DNA from: an uncultured Actinomycetes bacterium
GTDB lineage: Bacteria > Actinomycetota > UBA4738 > HRBIN12
Assembly: GCA_963704725.1 (NCBI GenBank)
Contig: OY969934.1
Location: 64,001-128,000, forward strand
Reading direction: 5' to 3'
Length of the DNA: 64,000 nt
Numbering within the stretch: position 1 is the first letter of the stretch; every line of letters starts with the position of its first letter. Below are positions 1-9,693 of this stretch, in pieces. The translations under genes were made by a program, and so were the position numbers. The notes under the pieces were generated by a model. That model saw only the letters and a list, made by a program, of their open reading frames with translations. It was not told the DNA's origin and searched no databases.

Positions 1-54
1 ATCGCGCCGGGTCTTCTCTTTTGCCCCGTGTTCGCGAGCGCGTCGCGCGCCGCG

Positions 55-276
55 TCAGACGGTGTCGGTGGCCTCGACCTCGGAGGACTCCTCCAGCTCG
101 TCGCGCCCCGGAAGCCATTCCTGCTGCTCGGCCGGGCCGATCGGCGGGCCGGGCTCGATCAGGCCGGCCTCGCGATCGCGGCGGCGGCCGGCGCGCGCCA
201 CGCGGCGCTCCTCGCGGGCCGCGTGCTTCCTCGCCGTGACGTCACGGCGTTTGCGCTTCCCCATGCTCTCGGGCAT
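55..276 (-). CDS. small hypothetical protein (basic N-terminus, acidic C-terminus)
   Basis: 73-aa ORF; strong SD (GAGGAGGAG) just upstream of the ATG. Confidence 0.65.
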   Translation of the reverse strand: MPESMGKRKRRDVTARKHAAREERRVARAGRRRDREAGLIEPGPPIGPAEQQEWLPGRDELEESSEVEATDTV

Positions 277-310
277 ACGCTCCTCCTCGGCGGATCGGTG
301 TCTCCCCGGA

Positions 311-333
311 CCCTCCGAGCCTCGCTCAGAGGG
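311..333 (-). terminator. 10-bp hairpin overlapping the stop of 326..517
   Basis: CCCUCUGAGC-GAG-GCUCGGAGGG; no U-tract. Confidence 0.3.
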
Positions 334-517
334 ACCGCTGGAGCGGCGGCGCCATCGTCGGCGAGGTGTGTAGGTAGCACCTCACGGACGGGTTGTACGT
401 CGACAGGACGGTGCTGCAGCCGGGCTCGTCACACCGCCGCCCCCGCCTCGCCGCCTTCGGCGGCCCCTTGCCGCGTTCCGGGGCTCCGAACACGACGCCG
501 TTGCTCGGTCTGGCCAT
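326..517 (-). CDS. small putative zinc-binding protein
   Basis: 63 aa, CDEPGC...YN....CYLH (C-x4-C...C-x2-H); SD GAGGAGG. Confidence 0.7.
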   Translation of the reverse strand: MARPSNGVVFGAPERGKGPPKAARRGRRCDEPGCSTVLSTYNPSVRCYLHTSPTMAPPLQRSL

Positions 518-730
518 CTCGCCTCCTCGCTGGCGATCACTCGATCTGCGCGAGAGGCGAGTGCACCCAACCCGGGGCCATCCGTCGGTCGCTCGACGCG
601 AGTCCGGGCGGCGCCCGGTCCACTCCAGGGTACCCGACGAGCCCGGACACCGCGAGAGTCGGCCCGGCGCAACCCTCCTGCGGCTCGACGAGCCGAGGCC
701 GGGTCGGCGGCCGCCTCCCCCGGGTCGCTC

Positions 731-1246
731 CTAGTGCGAGATGCCCACGCCCCCGGGCGTGTCGGCGCCGTACCGATCCTTGTCGCGCTCGAGCTGGAGG
801 CGTCCGATGCGCTTGCGGCCTTCCAGCGCGGCGTCGTCGAGCAGCTCCTTGGGGATGATCCACGCGACCTCGAACTCGAGGCCGTCGGGGTCGCGCCCGT
901 AGAGGCTCTTCGTCGTCCCGTGGTCGCTCGCGCCGGTGAGCGCACCGTGCTCGGCGAGCGCCTGGGCCAGCCGCTCGAGCTCGGCCAGGGTATCGACCTC
1001 CCAGGCCAGGTGATAAAGGCCGACCGTGGTTCGTTCCGCGGGCGAAGGACCGGCCTGGGCTCCCATCTCGAACAGCCCGAGATCGTGATCGTTCGTCGAG
1101 CCGGGCGCCTGGAGGAAGGCGGCTCCGGCGAATCCCTCCGGGCCCATCGGGATCACGCGGAACCCGAGAACGTCGGTATAGAACGCGACGCTGCGGCCGA
1201 GTTCGGAGACGTAGAGCACGGCGTGGTTCAGGCGGGTGATCGGCAT
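731..1246 (-). CDS. VOC family protein (glyoxalase/catechol dioxygenase-like)
   Basis: LNHAVLYV, GLYHLAWEV, SLYGRDPDGLEFEV motifs; leaderless ATG after TACCGT. Confidence 0.9.
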   Translation of the reverse strand: MPITRLNHAVLYVSELGRSVAFYTDVLGFRVIPMGPEGFAGAAFLQAPGSTNDHDLGLFEMGAQAGPSPAERTTVGLYHLAWEVDTLAELERLAQALAEHGALTGASDHGTTKSLYGRDPDGLEFEVAWIIPKELLDDAALEGRKRIGRLQLERDKDRYGADTPGGVGISH

Positions 1247-1355
1247 GCCGTCACGGTATCGAACGAGGCCGGAGCCGGGAAGCCTCACCCGTGAGCCCAT
1301 GGTCCCCCTCCGGCCCTCGGTGGCGCGACCGCCGGACGGGGTACGTTCGAGACCG

Positions 1356-2270
1356 ATGGAGCGGCGCCGGCTGGGACGTCTGGGACACGAGAGCAGCGTG
1401 CTGATCTACGGTGGGGCGGCGCTATCCGACGTCTCGCAAGAGGTGGCCGACCGGTCGATCCGACTCGCGCTCGAGGCCGGGATCAACCACGTCGACACCG
1501 CCGCCGGCTACGGAGAGTCCGAGCTCCGGCTCGGCCCGTGGATGCGGAGGATCCGGGATCGCATCTTCCTGGCCACGAAGACCGGCGAGGCCTCGGCGGC
1601 CGGCGCGTACGAGGGCATCCGCCGCTCGCTGGAGCGGCTGCGCGTGGATCGCGTCGACCTCATCCAGCTTCATTCCGTGGGCGATCTCGACGACCTCGAC
1701 CGTCGCACCCGAGCCGGCGGGGCGCTCGAGGGCGCGATCCGGGCGCGGGACGAGGACCTCGTCGGCGGGATCGGCATCACGGGCCACGGCATGCGGGTGC
1801 CGGCCGTCCATCTCGAGGCGCTCCGGCGATTCCCGTTCGACACCGTGCTGACCCCGTACAGCTACCGGCTCTCGCGATTCCCCGAGTACGTGCGCGACTT
1901 CGAGGCGCTGGTGCGAGAGATCCGGCGGCAGGACGCGGCGCTGATGCTCATCAAGGCCGTGGCCCGCAACCAGTGGCGAGCGGGACAGGAGCCGACGTTC
2001 TCCACGTGGTACGAGCCGCTCGACGAGCAGCGCTCGATCGACGCCGCGATCGCGTTCGCGCTCGGTCGCCGCGAGGCGACGGGGCTCTGCACGGCGGGCG
2101 ACGTCCGGCTCCTGCCGATGCTGATCGAGGCGGAGCGGCGGGTCGCCTCGATCTCGCCCGAGGAGGCCGAGGCCGTCCTCGAGCGGGTGCCCGAGCTCGA
2201 ACCGCCGTTCCTGCGGCTCGAGGGGCGGGTCGCCCCCGATTGGCTCGAGCACCTCCTCGAGAGCCGGTAG
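1356..2270 (+). CDS. aldo/keto reductase
   Basis: GINHVDTAAGYG.SE, IFLATK, SLERLRVDRVDLIQLH. Confidence 0.92.
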   Translation: MERRRLGRLGHESSVLIYGGAALSDVSQEVADRSIRLALEAGINHVDTAAGYGESELRLGPWMRRIRDRIFLATKTGEASAAGAYEGIRRSLERLRVDRVDLIQLHSVGDLDDLDRRTRAGGALEGAIRARDEDLVGGIGITGHGMRVPAVHLEALRRFPFDTVLTPYSYRLSRFPEYVRDFEALVREIRRQDAALMLIKAVARNQWRAGQEPTFSTWYEPLDEQRSIDAAIAFALGRREATGLCTAGDVRLLPMLIEAERRVASISPEEAEAVLERVPELEPPFLRLEGRVAPDWLEHLLESR

Positions 2271-2290
2271 CTATCCGACCGGCCGGGGGT

Positions 2291-2764
2291 CTAGCGACCG
2301 GCCGCCGACAGCCCGAATCGCACGACCGCCCGGTTCGCCGCCGCGACCAGGAGGTCTTCGCGGGTCGGCGCCCGATCCTCGGGAAGGCCAAGGTAGAACC
2401 GGCGGGCGAGACCGGGTCCGAAGCGCCGGAGGAATTCGTCCAGGAGGGCGGCTCGCTCCTCGACGTCCTCCACGACGGTGGGCACGGCGTCGAGCCACCG
2501 CCCTCGGATCCGCAACCGGACGGGACCCCCGTCGCGCAGGCTCCGCCACCATCCCGCCGAGCTGAACGCGACGACCGTGTTCTCGTCCCACCGGAAGTAG
2601 CCGACCGGCGTCGTGTACTCGCGTCCGGACCTGCGACCCGTGTACTCGAGGAGCATGAGGCGGCCACTCAGGATGCGATGCAGCGGAGACCGAAGCACTG
2701 GGCGCACGAACGGGTTGATCGCCTCCAGGAGGCGCAGCGGAGGCCGCCGGGGCGAGGCGGTCAC
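2291..2764 (-). CDS. nitroreductase-family deazaflavin (F420H2)-dependent oxidoreductase
   Basis: LLEYTGRRSGREYTTPV and WWRSLR motifs; GTGA overlap with upstream gene. Confidence 0.8.
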   Translation of the reverse strand: MTASPRRPPLRLLEAINPFVRPVLRSPLHRILSGRLMLLEYTGRRSGREYTTPVGYFRWDENTVVAFSSAGWWRSLRDGGPVRLRIRGRWLDAVPTVVEDVEERAALLDEFLRRFGPGLARRFYLGLPEDRAPTREDLLVAAANRAVVRFGLSAAGR

Positions 2765-3447
2765 GGCTCTCGTCGGGCTCGCGGCCCTCCTCGAGGCGTT
2801 CCCGTCGGCGATCTCCGGCGTGGAGATGGCGGCGGAGCCTGCTCGAGCGGGCCGACCGAGCCCCCGCCGGGTGGCTCGAGCACCACCATCACCATCCCCA
2901 GCCGGCCCCGTCCGGCGTTGCGGTAGGCGTGCGGCGCATGGGCGGAGAACCGGACGGCCGTCCCCTCCTCGATCACGTGACGCTCGCCCGACACCCGGAG
3001 CTCCAGGGTGCCGTGACGGACGTGGACGATCTCCCACGTCCCGGCGCGGTGGGCGTCGCTCTCGAGCGAACCGCCGCGCTCGAGCGACCAGTCCCACAGC
3101 TCGACGTGCGACCCCGCGATCCACTCGGCCACGGCGACCAGGGACAGCTCTCCCGACTCCCCCGTCCGCAGGCGGGGGGCCCGCTCGGGGGGGAACAGGG
3201 TGACGGCCGCGGCCGCGGGCCGCTCGAGCAGCCGCGTGAGCGGGATGCCGAGGCCGTCGGCCACCTTCAGCAGCGTGCCGATGCTCGGATTGGCCCGGGC
3301 CTGCTCGATCTGCACGACGATGCCTTTGCTCACGCCGCTGCGGGCGGCGAGCTCGTCGAGCGACCAGCCCACCCCGGTCCGGGCGCGATGCACGTTGTCG
3401 GCGATCGCGCGCCCGACGTCTCCCTCCTCCCTCGTGGCTCCGTTCAC
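2761..3447 (-). CDS. XRE-family HTH + cupin transcriptional regulator
   Basis: WSLDELAARSGVSKG..QIE...ANPS HTH; cupin H..G..E...PHAYRN; exact start uncertain. Confidence 0.9.
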   Translation of the reverse strand: MNGATREEGDVGRAIADNVHRARTGVGWSLDELAARSGVSKGIVVQIEQARANPSIGTLLKVADGLGIPLTRLLERPAAAAVTLFPPERAPRLRTGESGELSLVAVAEWIAGSHVELWDWSLERGGSLESDAHRAGTWEIVHVRHGTLELRVSGERHVIEEGTAVRFSAHAPHAYRNAGRGRLGMVMVVLEPPGGGSVGPLEQAPPPSPRRRSPTGTPRGGPRARREP

Positions 3448-3453
3448 CGTTCG

Positions 3454-3467
3454 GTCATTATACTGAC
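3454..3467. promoter_or_regulatory. palindromic operator overlapping a -10 box (putative XRE site)
   Basis: GTCA-TTATAC-TGAC containing TATACT, between the divergent regulator and DMT gene. Confidence 0.55.
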
Positions 3468-3499
3468 TGCATGGTCATCCCCATGGCGATCGGAGCAGC

Positions 3500-4336
3500 G
3501 TGCTCGCGGTCCTGATGTCCGCCGCGGCCGCCGCGATGTACGGGGCGGCCGACTTCCTCGGCGGCCGGTCCGCGGCCCGGTGGAACGCGCTGCGCGCCAC
3601 CGCCGTGTCCCAGGTCTCGGGGGTGCCCGTGCTGATCGCCGGCCTCGCGCTCGTCGACGCGCCCGCGGTTCGGGCGGCCGACCTGTGGTGGGGAGCCGCG
3701 GCGGGGGTTTCGGGGATCGCCGGCATCGCGCTGTACTACCACGCGCTGTCGATCGGCCCGATGTCGGTCGCCGCTCCCGTCGCGGCGGTCGTGTCCGCGG
3801 TCGTCCCGCTCGCCACCGGCGTCGCGGGCGGAGAGCGACCGGGCTCGGCCGCGCTCCTCGGCGTGGCCGTCGGCGTGACCGCGGTCGGGCTCCTCAGCGC
3901 GCCACCGCGCCGGAGGTCGGAGCGCGCGAGCCGCCGGGCGGTCGTGCCGGCCCTGCTCGGCGGGGCCGGCTTCGGCGGCTTCTACGCGCTGCTCGCACAC
4001 GCGTCGGCGAGCTCCGGGCTCTGGCCGCTCCTGCCCGAGCGCATCCTGGCCCTCGTCGTCCTCGTCCCGATCGCCGTCGCCCTGCGGCCCGCCGCCTCGG
4101 CCGGCGGAGCGCTCACCCTCGCGGTCGGGGCCGGCCTCACCGACATGGCGGCGAACGTCCTGTTCCTGCTCGCCACGCACCGCGAGCTGCTCTCGATCGT
4201 CGGCGTCATCGTCGCCATGTACCCGGCGAGCACGGTCGTGCTGGCCCGATGGGTCCTGGGGGAACGGCTGCACCGGCTCCAGCTCGCCGGGATCGCGCTC
4301 GCCGGCGCGGCCCTCGCCCTCATCGCCGCATCCTGA
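3500..4336 (+). CDS. EamA/DMT family transporter
   Basis: about 10 hydrophobic segments, YGAADFLGG, GPMSVAAPV, LGERL. Confidence 0.9.
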   Translation: MLAVLMSAAAAAMYGAADFLGGRSAARWNALRATAVSQVSGVPVLIAGLALVDAPAVRAADLWWGAAAGVSGIAGIALYYHALSIGPMSVAAPVAAVVSAVVPLATGVAGGERPGSAALLGVAVGVTAVGLLSAPPRRRSERASRRAVVPALLGGAGFGGFYALLAHASASSGLWPLLPERILALVVLVPIAVALRPAASAGGALTLAVGAGLTDMAANVLFLLATHRELLSIVGVIVAMYPASTVVLARWVLGERLHRLQLAGIALAGAALALIAAS

Positions 4337-4964
4337 GCCATCGGGCGAACGGCATCGGCGACGACCCGCCGAGCCCAACTACTCCACGGGCCCCGGCCGC
4401 ACCGCCGATCGCGAAGTGGCGGCGGCACCGCGCCTGGTACTTCTCGGCGCCGCCGATGTTGTCCGGGACCAGGCCGACGTCGCGACTCTCGTCCGCCACG
4501 CGGGTGTGGAAGATGGCCTCGGCGCCGCAGATCACGCAGATCGCGGTCAGCTTGTCCACGCGCTCCGCGAGCGCCATGAGCGAGGGCAGCGGCTCGAACG
4601 GGCGGCCCTCGAACGTGACGTCGAGCCCCGCCACCACCACGACGATCCCACGAGCCGCGAGCTCGCCCACCGCCCCGACGAGGTCCGGCCCGAAGAAGTG
4701 GGCTTCGTCGATCGCGACCATGTCGACGTCGGGTCCCGTGGCCGGCCCGATCTCGCCGGCCGCGGAGATCGCTCGGGACGGCGCCGCCCGTCCGGCGTGC
4801 GAGGCGATCCGATCGGTGCCGGCGCGCGTGTCGAGGACGTGCGTCAGGACGAGCACGCGCTGCCCGGCGATGACCGCTCGCCGCACCCGGCGGAGGAGCT
4901 CCTCGGTCTTGCCGGCGAACATCGGGCCGGCGACGACCTCGACCCGCCCCCTCGTCTCGCTCAC
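4320..4964 (-). CDS. tdk: thymidine kinase
   Basis: GPMFAGKTEEL, IDEAHFF, VAGLD, CxxCG...YQARCRRH. Confidence 0.93.
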   Translation of the reverse strand: MSETRGRVEVVAGPMFAGKTEELLRRVRRAVIAGQRVLVLTHVLDTRAGTDRIASHAGRAAPSRAISAAGEIGPATGPDVDMVAIDEAHFFGPDLVGAVGELAARGIVVVVAGLDVTFEGRPFEPLPSLMALAERVDKLTAICVICGAEAIFHTRVADESRDVGLVPDNIGGAEKYQARCRRHFAIGGAAGARGVVGLGGSSPMPFARWLRMRR

Positions 4965-4981
4965 GGCCCCATCTTCCCCGG

Positions 4982-5029
4982 TTGACGGACGGAATTCAAC
5001 AGTTGTAGAGTTCATCCTGCGTTGAATTC
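4982..5029 (+). promoter_or_regulatory. sigma70-type promoter with inverted-repeat operator (likely TetR)
   Basis: TTGACG-18-TAGAGT; GAATTCAAC (4992-5000) and GTTGAATTC (5021-5029) flank the -10. Confidence 0.65.
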
Positions 5030-5057
5030 AGCGACAACCTCGGAAGGGAGCCACGCG

Positions 5058-6134
5058 ATGTGGGCGATGATCGTGAAGGAGTTCCGGCAGCTGCGGCGCG
5101 ACCGCCGCACGCTCGCGATGATGGTCTTCCTGCCGATCCTCATGCTCGTCGTGTTCGGCTACGCCGCGAGCTTCGACGTCTCCTCGATCGCGGCCGACGT
5201 CGTGGGCCCGCAGGCCGAACGCCTCGCTCCCATGCTCCCCGATCCGTTCGAGGTCCGGAACGTCGACGCCTCGGCCGGCCGGGGCGAGGCGGTCACGGCG
5301 CTTCGCGACGGCGACGTCCCGGTGGCGTTCGTGACGAGCGACACGGGGGTCACGATCCTGCTGGACGGGTCCGAGCTGTTCATCGCCAACGCCGCGAAGG
5401 CGTCGCTGTCCTCGCTCGCCGAGCGCATCCCTGCCGGGATCTCCGCGGAGATCCAGGTGCTGTTCAACGAGAAGCTCGAGACCTCCGCGATCATGGTGCC
5501 CGGCCTTGCAGCGATGATCCTGCTGTTCGTCGGGACCGTCATCACGAGCCTGGGAGTCGTGCGGGAGCGACAGGCCGGCACGCTCGAGCAGCTCGCGGTG
5601 ATGCCGCTGCGGCCCACGGACGTGTTCCTCGGCAAGATCGCCCCCTACTTCGTGGTCGGCGTGGTCGACCTGGCCGTCATCGTCCTCGCCGGGATCTGGC
5701 TCTTCGACGTGCCGTTCCGCGGGTCGGTGCTCGTCCTGGCGCTCGGCGCGCTGCTCTTCATGTTCGTGACGCTCGGGATCGGCGTCCTCATCTCGAGCGT
5801 CTCGCAGAACCAGGGGCAGGCCATCCAGCTCGCGCTCATGACCCTGCTCCCGCAGGTCATGCTGTCCGGGCTGATCTTCCCGCTCTCGTCGATGGCGGCC
5901 GGGGTGCGGTGGATCGGCTACGTGCTGCCGCTCACGTACTTCATCGAGATCTCCCGCGGCGTGATGCTCCGGGGCGCGCCGATCGGCGCCCTGTGGGCGC
6001 CCTTCCTGTACCTCGCGATCATCGGCGCGGTGGTCTTCGGCCTGGCGACGATGCGGTTCCGCCGGTCCCTGGCCCCGGCCCGGACGAGCCGCCGACACAC
6101 GCTCGAGCCCGCGGTCGAGGGGACGGCGCGATGA
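5058..6134 (+). CDS. ABC-2 type transporter permease (YbhS/YbhR-like)
   Basis: KEFRQLRRDRRTL, VVRERQAGTLEQL, LSGLIFPLSSM. Confidence 0.92.
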   Translation: MWAMIVKEFRQLRRDRRTLAMMVFLPILMLVVFGYAASFDVSSIAADVVGPQAERLAPMLPDPFEVRNVDASAGRGEAVTALRDGDVPVAFVTSDTGVTILLDGSELFIANAAKASLSSLAERIPAGISAEIQVLFNEKLETSAIMVPGLAAMILLFVGTVITSLGVVRERQAGTLEQLAVMPLRPTDVFLGKIAPYFVVGVVDLAVIVLAGIWLFDVPFRGSVLVLALGALLFMFVTLGIGVLISSVSQNQGQAIQLALMTLLPQVMLSGLIFPLSSMAAGVRWIGYVLPLTYFIEISRGVMLRGAPIGALWAPFLYLAIIGAVVFGLATMRFRRSLAPARTSRRHTLEPAVEGTAR

Positions 6135-6976
6135 CCTGGGGCGTGAGGGACGTCACGGTTCGGCTCGGCGGACACATGGCGCTGCAGGGTGTGACGCTCG
6201 AGGCTCCCGGCGGCCGGGTGACCGGCGTGGTGGGAGGAGACGGCGCCGGGAAGACGACGCTGCTGCGATGCCTCGTCGGTGTGCTCTCGCCGGACGCCGG
6301 CGAGGTGCGCCGGCCCGAGCGCCCTCGCATCGGCTACCTGTCCTCGACCTCCGGCACGTATCCCGACCTGTCCGTGCAGGAGAACCTCGCGTTCGCGGCG
6401 TCGGCCTACGGGGTCCCACCCGCCGAGGCGCGCGACCGGGTCTCCGAGTACCTCGAGCGGACGGGGCTCGAGGCCGCCCGGGACCGCCTGGCCGGCAACC
6501 TGTCCGGCGGGATGCGACAGAAGCTCGGCGTGATCCGGGCGATGGTCCACCGCCCCGAGCTCCTGGTGCTCGACGAGCCGACGACCGGCGTGGACCCGGT
6601 GAGCCGGGCCGACCTGTGGTGGCTGATCGCCCGCGCTGCGGCGGACGGAGCGGCGGTCGTGTTCGCCACCGCATACCTGGACGAGGCCGAGCGCGCCTCG
6701 TGGGTGCTGGCCCTCGACGAGGGCCGGGTGCTCGCGGAGGGCACGGCGGACCGCATCGCCGACGGCGTCCCCGGGACCATCCGGACCGCGTCGGCCCGCC
6801 CCGCGGGTGACGCCGGGGCGCGCGCGTGGCGCCGCGGCGCGAGGTGGCGCGTCTGGTCGCCCGAGGAGCCCACGGAGGCGGACGTCGATCGCGTGCGCCC
6901 CGACCTCCACGACGCCGTGACCGTGGCCGCCCTCCGGCGCGAGCTGCCCGGCGAGCTGGGAGGGGAAGCGGCATGA
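6131..6976 (+). CDS. ABC transporter ATP-binding protein
   Basis: GGDGAGKTT, LSGGMRQKL, VLDEPTTGVDP; ATGA overlap. Confidence 0.92.
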   Translation: MTWGVRDVTVRLGGHMALQGVTLEAPGGRVTGVVGGDGAGKTTLLRCLVGVLSPDAGEVRRPERPRIGYLSSTSGTYPDLSVQENLAFAASAYGVPPAEARDRVSEYLERTGLEAARDRLAGNLSGGMRQKLGVIRAMVHRPELLVLDEPTTGVDPVSRADLWWLIARAAADGAAVVFATAYLDEAERASWVLALDEGRVLAEGTADRIADGVPGTIRTASARPAGDAGARAWRRGARWRVWSPEEPTEADVDRVRPDLHDAVTVAALRRELPGELGGEAA

Positions 6977-7839
6977 CTGCGCTCGCCGAGAGCCGGGCCG
7001 TCACGCGGCGCTTCGGACGCGTGGTGGCGGTCGACGCCGTCGATCTCGTCGTGGAACGGGGCGAGGTCGTGGGACTGCTCGGAGCCAACGGCGCGGGCAA
7101 GACGACGCTGATCCGGATCCTCCTCGGGCTCCTGTCGCCGTCGGGCGGCGCGGTTCGGCTGTTCGGGACGGCGCCCTCGCGCGAGACGCGGCGGCGGATC
7201 GGGTACGTGCCGCAGGGCCTGGGGCTGTACGACGACCTCACGCCGGAGGAGAACCTGGCGTTCGCGCACGCCGCGTTCGGGGGCGAGCGGGCCGAGCTCC
7301 CGGCGGGCCTCCGCTCCCTGGCCCGCGTCCCGGTGGGGCGGCTGTCGCTCGGCGTCCAGCGCCGGGTGGCGTTCGCGCAGGCGTTGGCGCACCGGCCCGA
7401 CCTGCTCGTCCTCGACGAGCCGACCTCGGGCGTCGACCCGCTCGCTCGGGCCCGGCTGTGGGAGACGATCCGGGAGGCGGCCGACGAGGGAGCCGGCGTG
7501 CTCGTCACGACGCACCACATGGACGAGGCCGAGGAGTGCGACCGCCTGGTCGTGATGGCCGACGGCCGCGTCGTGGCCGAGGGCACCGTCGCCGAGATCG
7601 TCGGCCGGGCGCGCGTCGTCGTGGTCGAGACGGATGCGTGGGGGCGCGCGTTCGAGGCGATCGAGCGGGCGGGTCGCTCGGCCGCCCTCGTGGGACGGAC
7701 CCTGCGCGTCGTCGACGCGACCGTCGCCGACGTGGAGCGTGCGCTCCGGGGCGTCGATGCCCGGATCCGCGAGGACGCGGCCACGCTCGAGGAGCGCTTC
7801 CTGGAGCTGACGGTCTCGGGCCGCCGGGGCGCGGCATGA
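6973..7839 (+). CDS. ABC transporter ATP-binding protein
   Basis: GANGAGKTT, LSLGVQRRV, VLDEPTSGVDP; ATGA overlap. Confidence 0.92.
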   Translation: MTALAESRAVTRRFGRVVAVDAVDLVVERGEVVGLLGANGAGKTTLIRILLGLLSPSGGAVRLFGTAPSRETRRRIGYVPQGLGLYDDLTPEENLAFAHAAFGGERAELPAGLRSLARVPVGRLSLGVQRRVAFAQALAHRPDLLVLDEPTSGVDPLARARLWETIREAADEGAGVLVTTHHMDEAEECDRLVVMADGRVVAEGTVAEIVGRARVVVVETDAWGRAFEAIERAGRSAALVGRTLRVVDATVADVERALRGVDARIREDAATLEERFLELTVSGRRGAA

Positions 7840-8513
7840 GCCCGGCCGCCGGACGGACCGGTCGGCGCGCCGGCGACAGCGGCACGCGCGAGGCGATCCT
7901 GGAGGCCGCCCGCGGCCGGTTCGCCGACCACGGCTACGACGGGGCCACGATCCGCGCCATCGCCGCCGACGCCGGCGTCGATCCCGCGCTGGTGCACCAC
8001 TTCTACGGGACGAAGGAGCGGCTGTTCGTCGCCGCGATGCGATTCCCCATCGTCCCCAGCGAGGTGATCGGCCGGGTTGCGGCCGTCGAGCGGGGGCACC
8101 TGGGCGAGACGATCGTGCGGACCGTGCTCGGCGTCTGGGAGCGGGAGGAGACGCGCGCGCAGTCCGTCGCGCTCTTGCGCTCGGCCGTCACGAACGAGCG
8201 GGCCGCCGACATGGTCCGCGGGTTCGTCACGAGCGCGATCCTCGGCTCGATCGCCACGGTCGCCCACGACGACGAGCCCGAGTACCGCGCCTCGCTGGTC
8301 GCGAGCCAGATCCTCGGCCTGGGGATCGCCCGCTACGTCGTCCGCCTGGAGCCGCTCGCGAGCGCCGGCGAGGAGGACCTCGTCGCGGCGATCGCGCCGA
8401 CCTTGCAGCGGTATCTGACCGGCAAGGTTCGGAGCTCCGCCGCCGGGCGGCGGCCGGCTCGGGCTCGGCCGGCCGGCCACGGCCGCGCCGAGTCCCGGCC
8501 GGCGACCCGCTAG
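7836..8513 (+). CDS. TetR family transcriptional regulator
   Basis: TREAILEAA..F...GY..ATIRAIAADAGVDPALVHHFYGTKE. Confidence 0.92.
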   Translation: MSPAAGRTGRRAGDSGTREAILEAARGRFADHGYDGATIRAIAADAGVDPALVHHFYGTKERLFVAAMRFPIVPSEVIGRVAAVERGHLGETIVRTVLGVWEREETRAQSVALLRSAVTNERAADMVRGFVTSAILGSIATVAHDDEPEYRASLVASQILGLGIARYVVRLEPLASAGEEDLVAAIAPTLQRYLTGKVRSSAAGRRPARARPAGHGRAESRPATR

Positions 8514-9693
8514 ACCGACCGCAGCGCCTCCGTGGGCGACAGGCGGGCCGCCCGCCAGGCCGGGTACAGACCCGCGACCGCCCCGATCACGAGCGCCGCG
8601 GCGACGCCCGCCCCGAGCCCGGCGACGGGGACCACCACCGACCAGTCCCGGGTGCCGGCGTAGACCGCCGTCACCCCGGCCCCGAGCGCCGCCCCCGCCA
8701 GGCCTCCCACGGCCGACAGGATCAGCGACTCCGTCAGGAACTGCGCCCACACGTGGCGCTTCGTCGCGCCGAGCGCCCGTCGCAGACCGATCTCCTGGCG
8801 CCGCTCGAGGACCCCGATGACCATCACGTTCGCGATGCCCACCCCGCCCACGAGGAGCGCCACCGCGCCGAGACCGAGAAGGAGCGACGTGAACGCGTCG
8901 TCGGCCGCCGCCCGCGCCTCGAGCGCGTCGGAGGGCCGGGCCACCGAGACCTCCTCCGGGCTCTCGGGGTTCACCGTGGACGCCAGCACGCCGCGGACGG
9001 ACTCGACGTCCTCGGGATCGGCCCGGACGTAGATCTGGCTCGCGCTCTCGTCCGCGTCGAACAGTCGCTCGGCGGCGGGCCGGCCGATGATGGCGCTGCG
9101 GTCGAGGTCGGGCGAGAGCGGCAGCGCCTCGAGGATGCCGACGACCGTGAACCACCGGTCGCCGACCCACACGGCCACCCCCGTCCGCGTGATGCCGAGC
9201 CGTTCGGCCGCGACGCTCCCCAACACGACCGCGGGGTATCGCGCCGTGGCCTCGTTGAGGAACGCGCCCTCGGCCACCGTACCGCTCAACGTGTCGAGCA
9301 GGTCGACGTCGGCCGCCACCACCGAGAGGCCGTTCGTCTCGGTCTCGGGGACGGCGTCGGACCGGTAGACGTTCGCGCTCACGCTCGTCGTCCCACTCGC
9401 CGCCTGGACCGGGCCGATCCGCCGCACCATCTCCTCGGAGGGCTCGGGCAGGCTCGAGCTCTCGCCGAACACGGAGTTGCCCGCGCTCACGGTGAGCAGG
9501 TTCGTGCCGAGCTCATCGAGCTGGGCCAGCAGGTCCGCCCGGCTCGAGTCGCTGATGCCCAGGACCGCCACCATCGACGCGATCCCGATCGCGATGCCGA
9601 GCGCCGACAGCGCGGCCCGGAGCCGGCGCGTGCGGAGCCCCACCGCTCCCACGCGGAACAGGTCGGCCAGCGACAGCGTGGTCGAGGCCGCGC

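Noticed and set aside
1-26. CGCGCCGGGTCTTCTCTTTT looks like the 3' half of a plus-strand intrinsic terminator
   Set aside because: The 5' arm would lie outside the window, so it cannot be confirmed.
6153-9170. Very long Arg/Pro/Gly-rich ORFs (for example 1005 aa here, 8753..11242, 27856..30246)
   Set aside because: Shadow frames of real genes in high-GC DNA, with no protein motifs.
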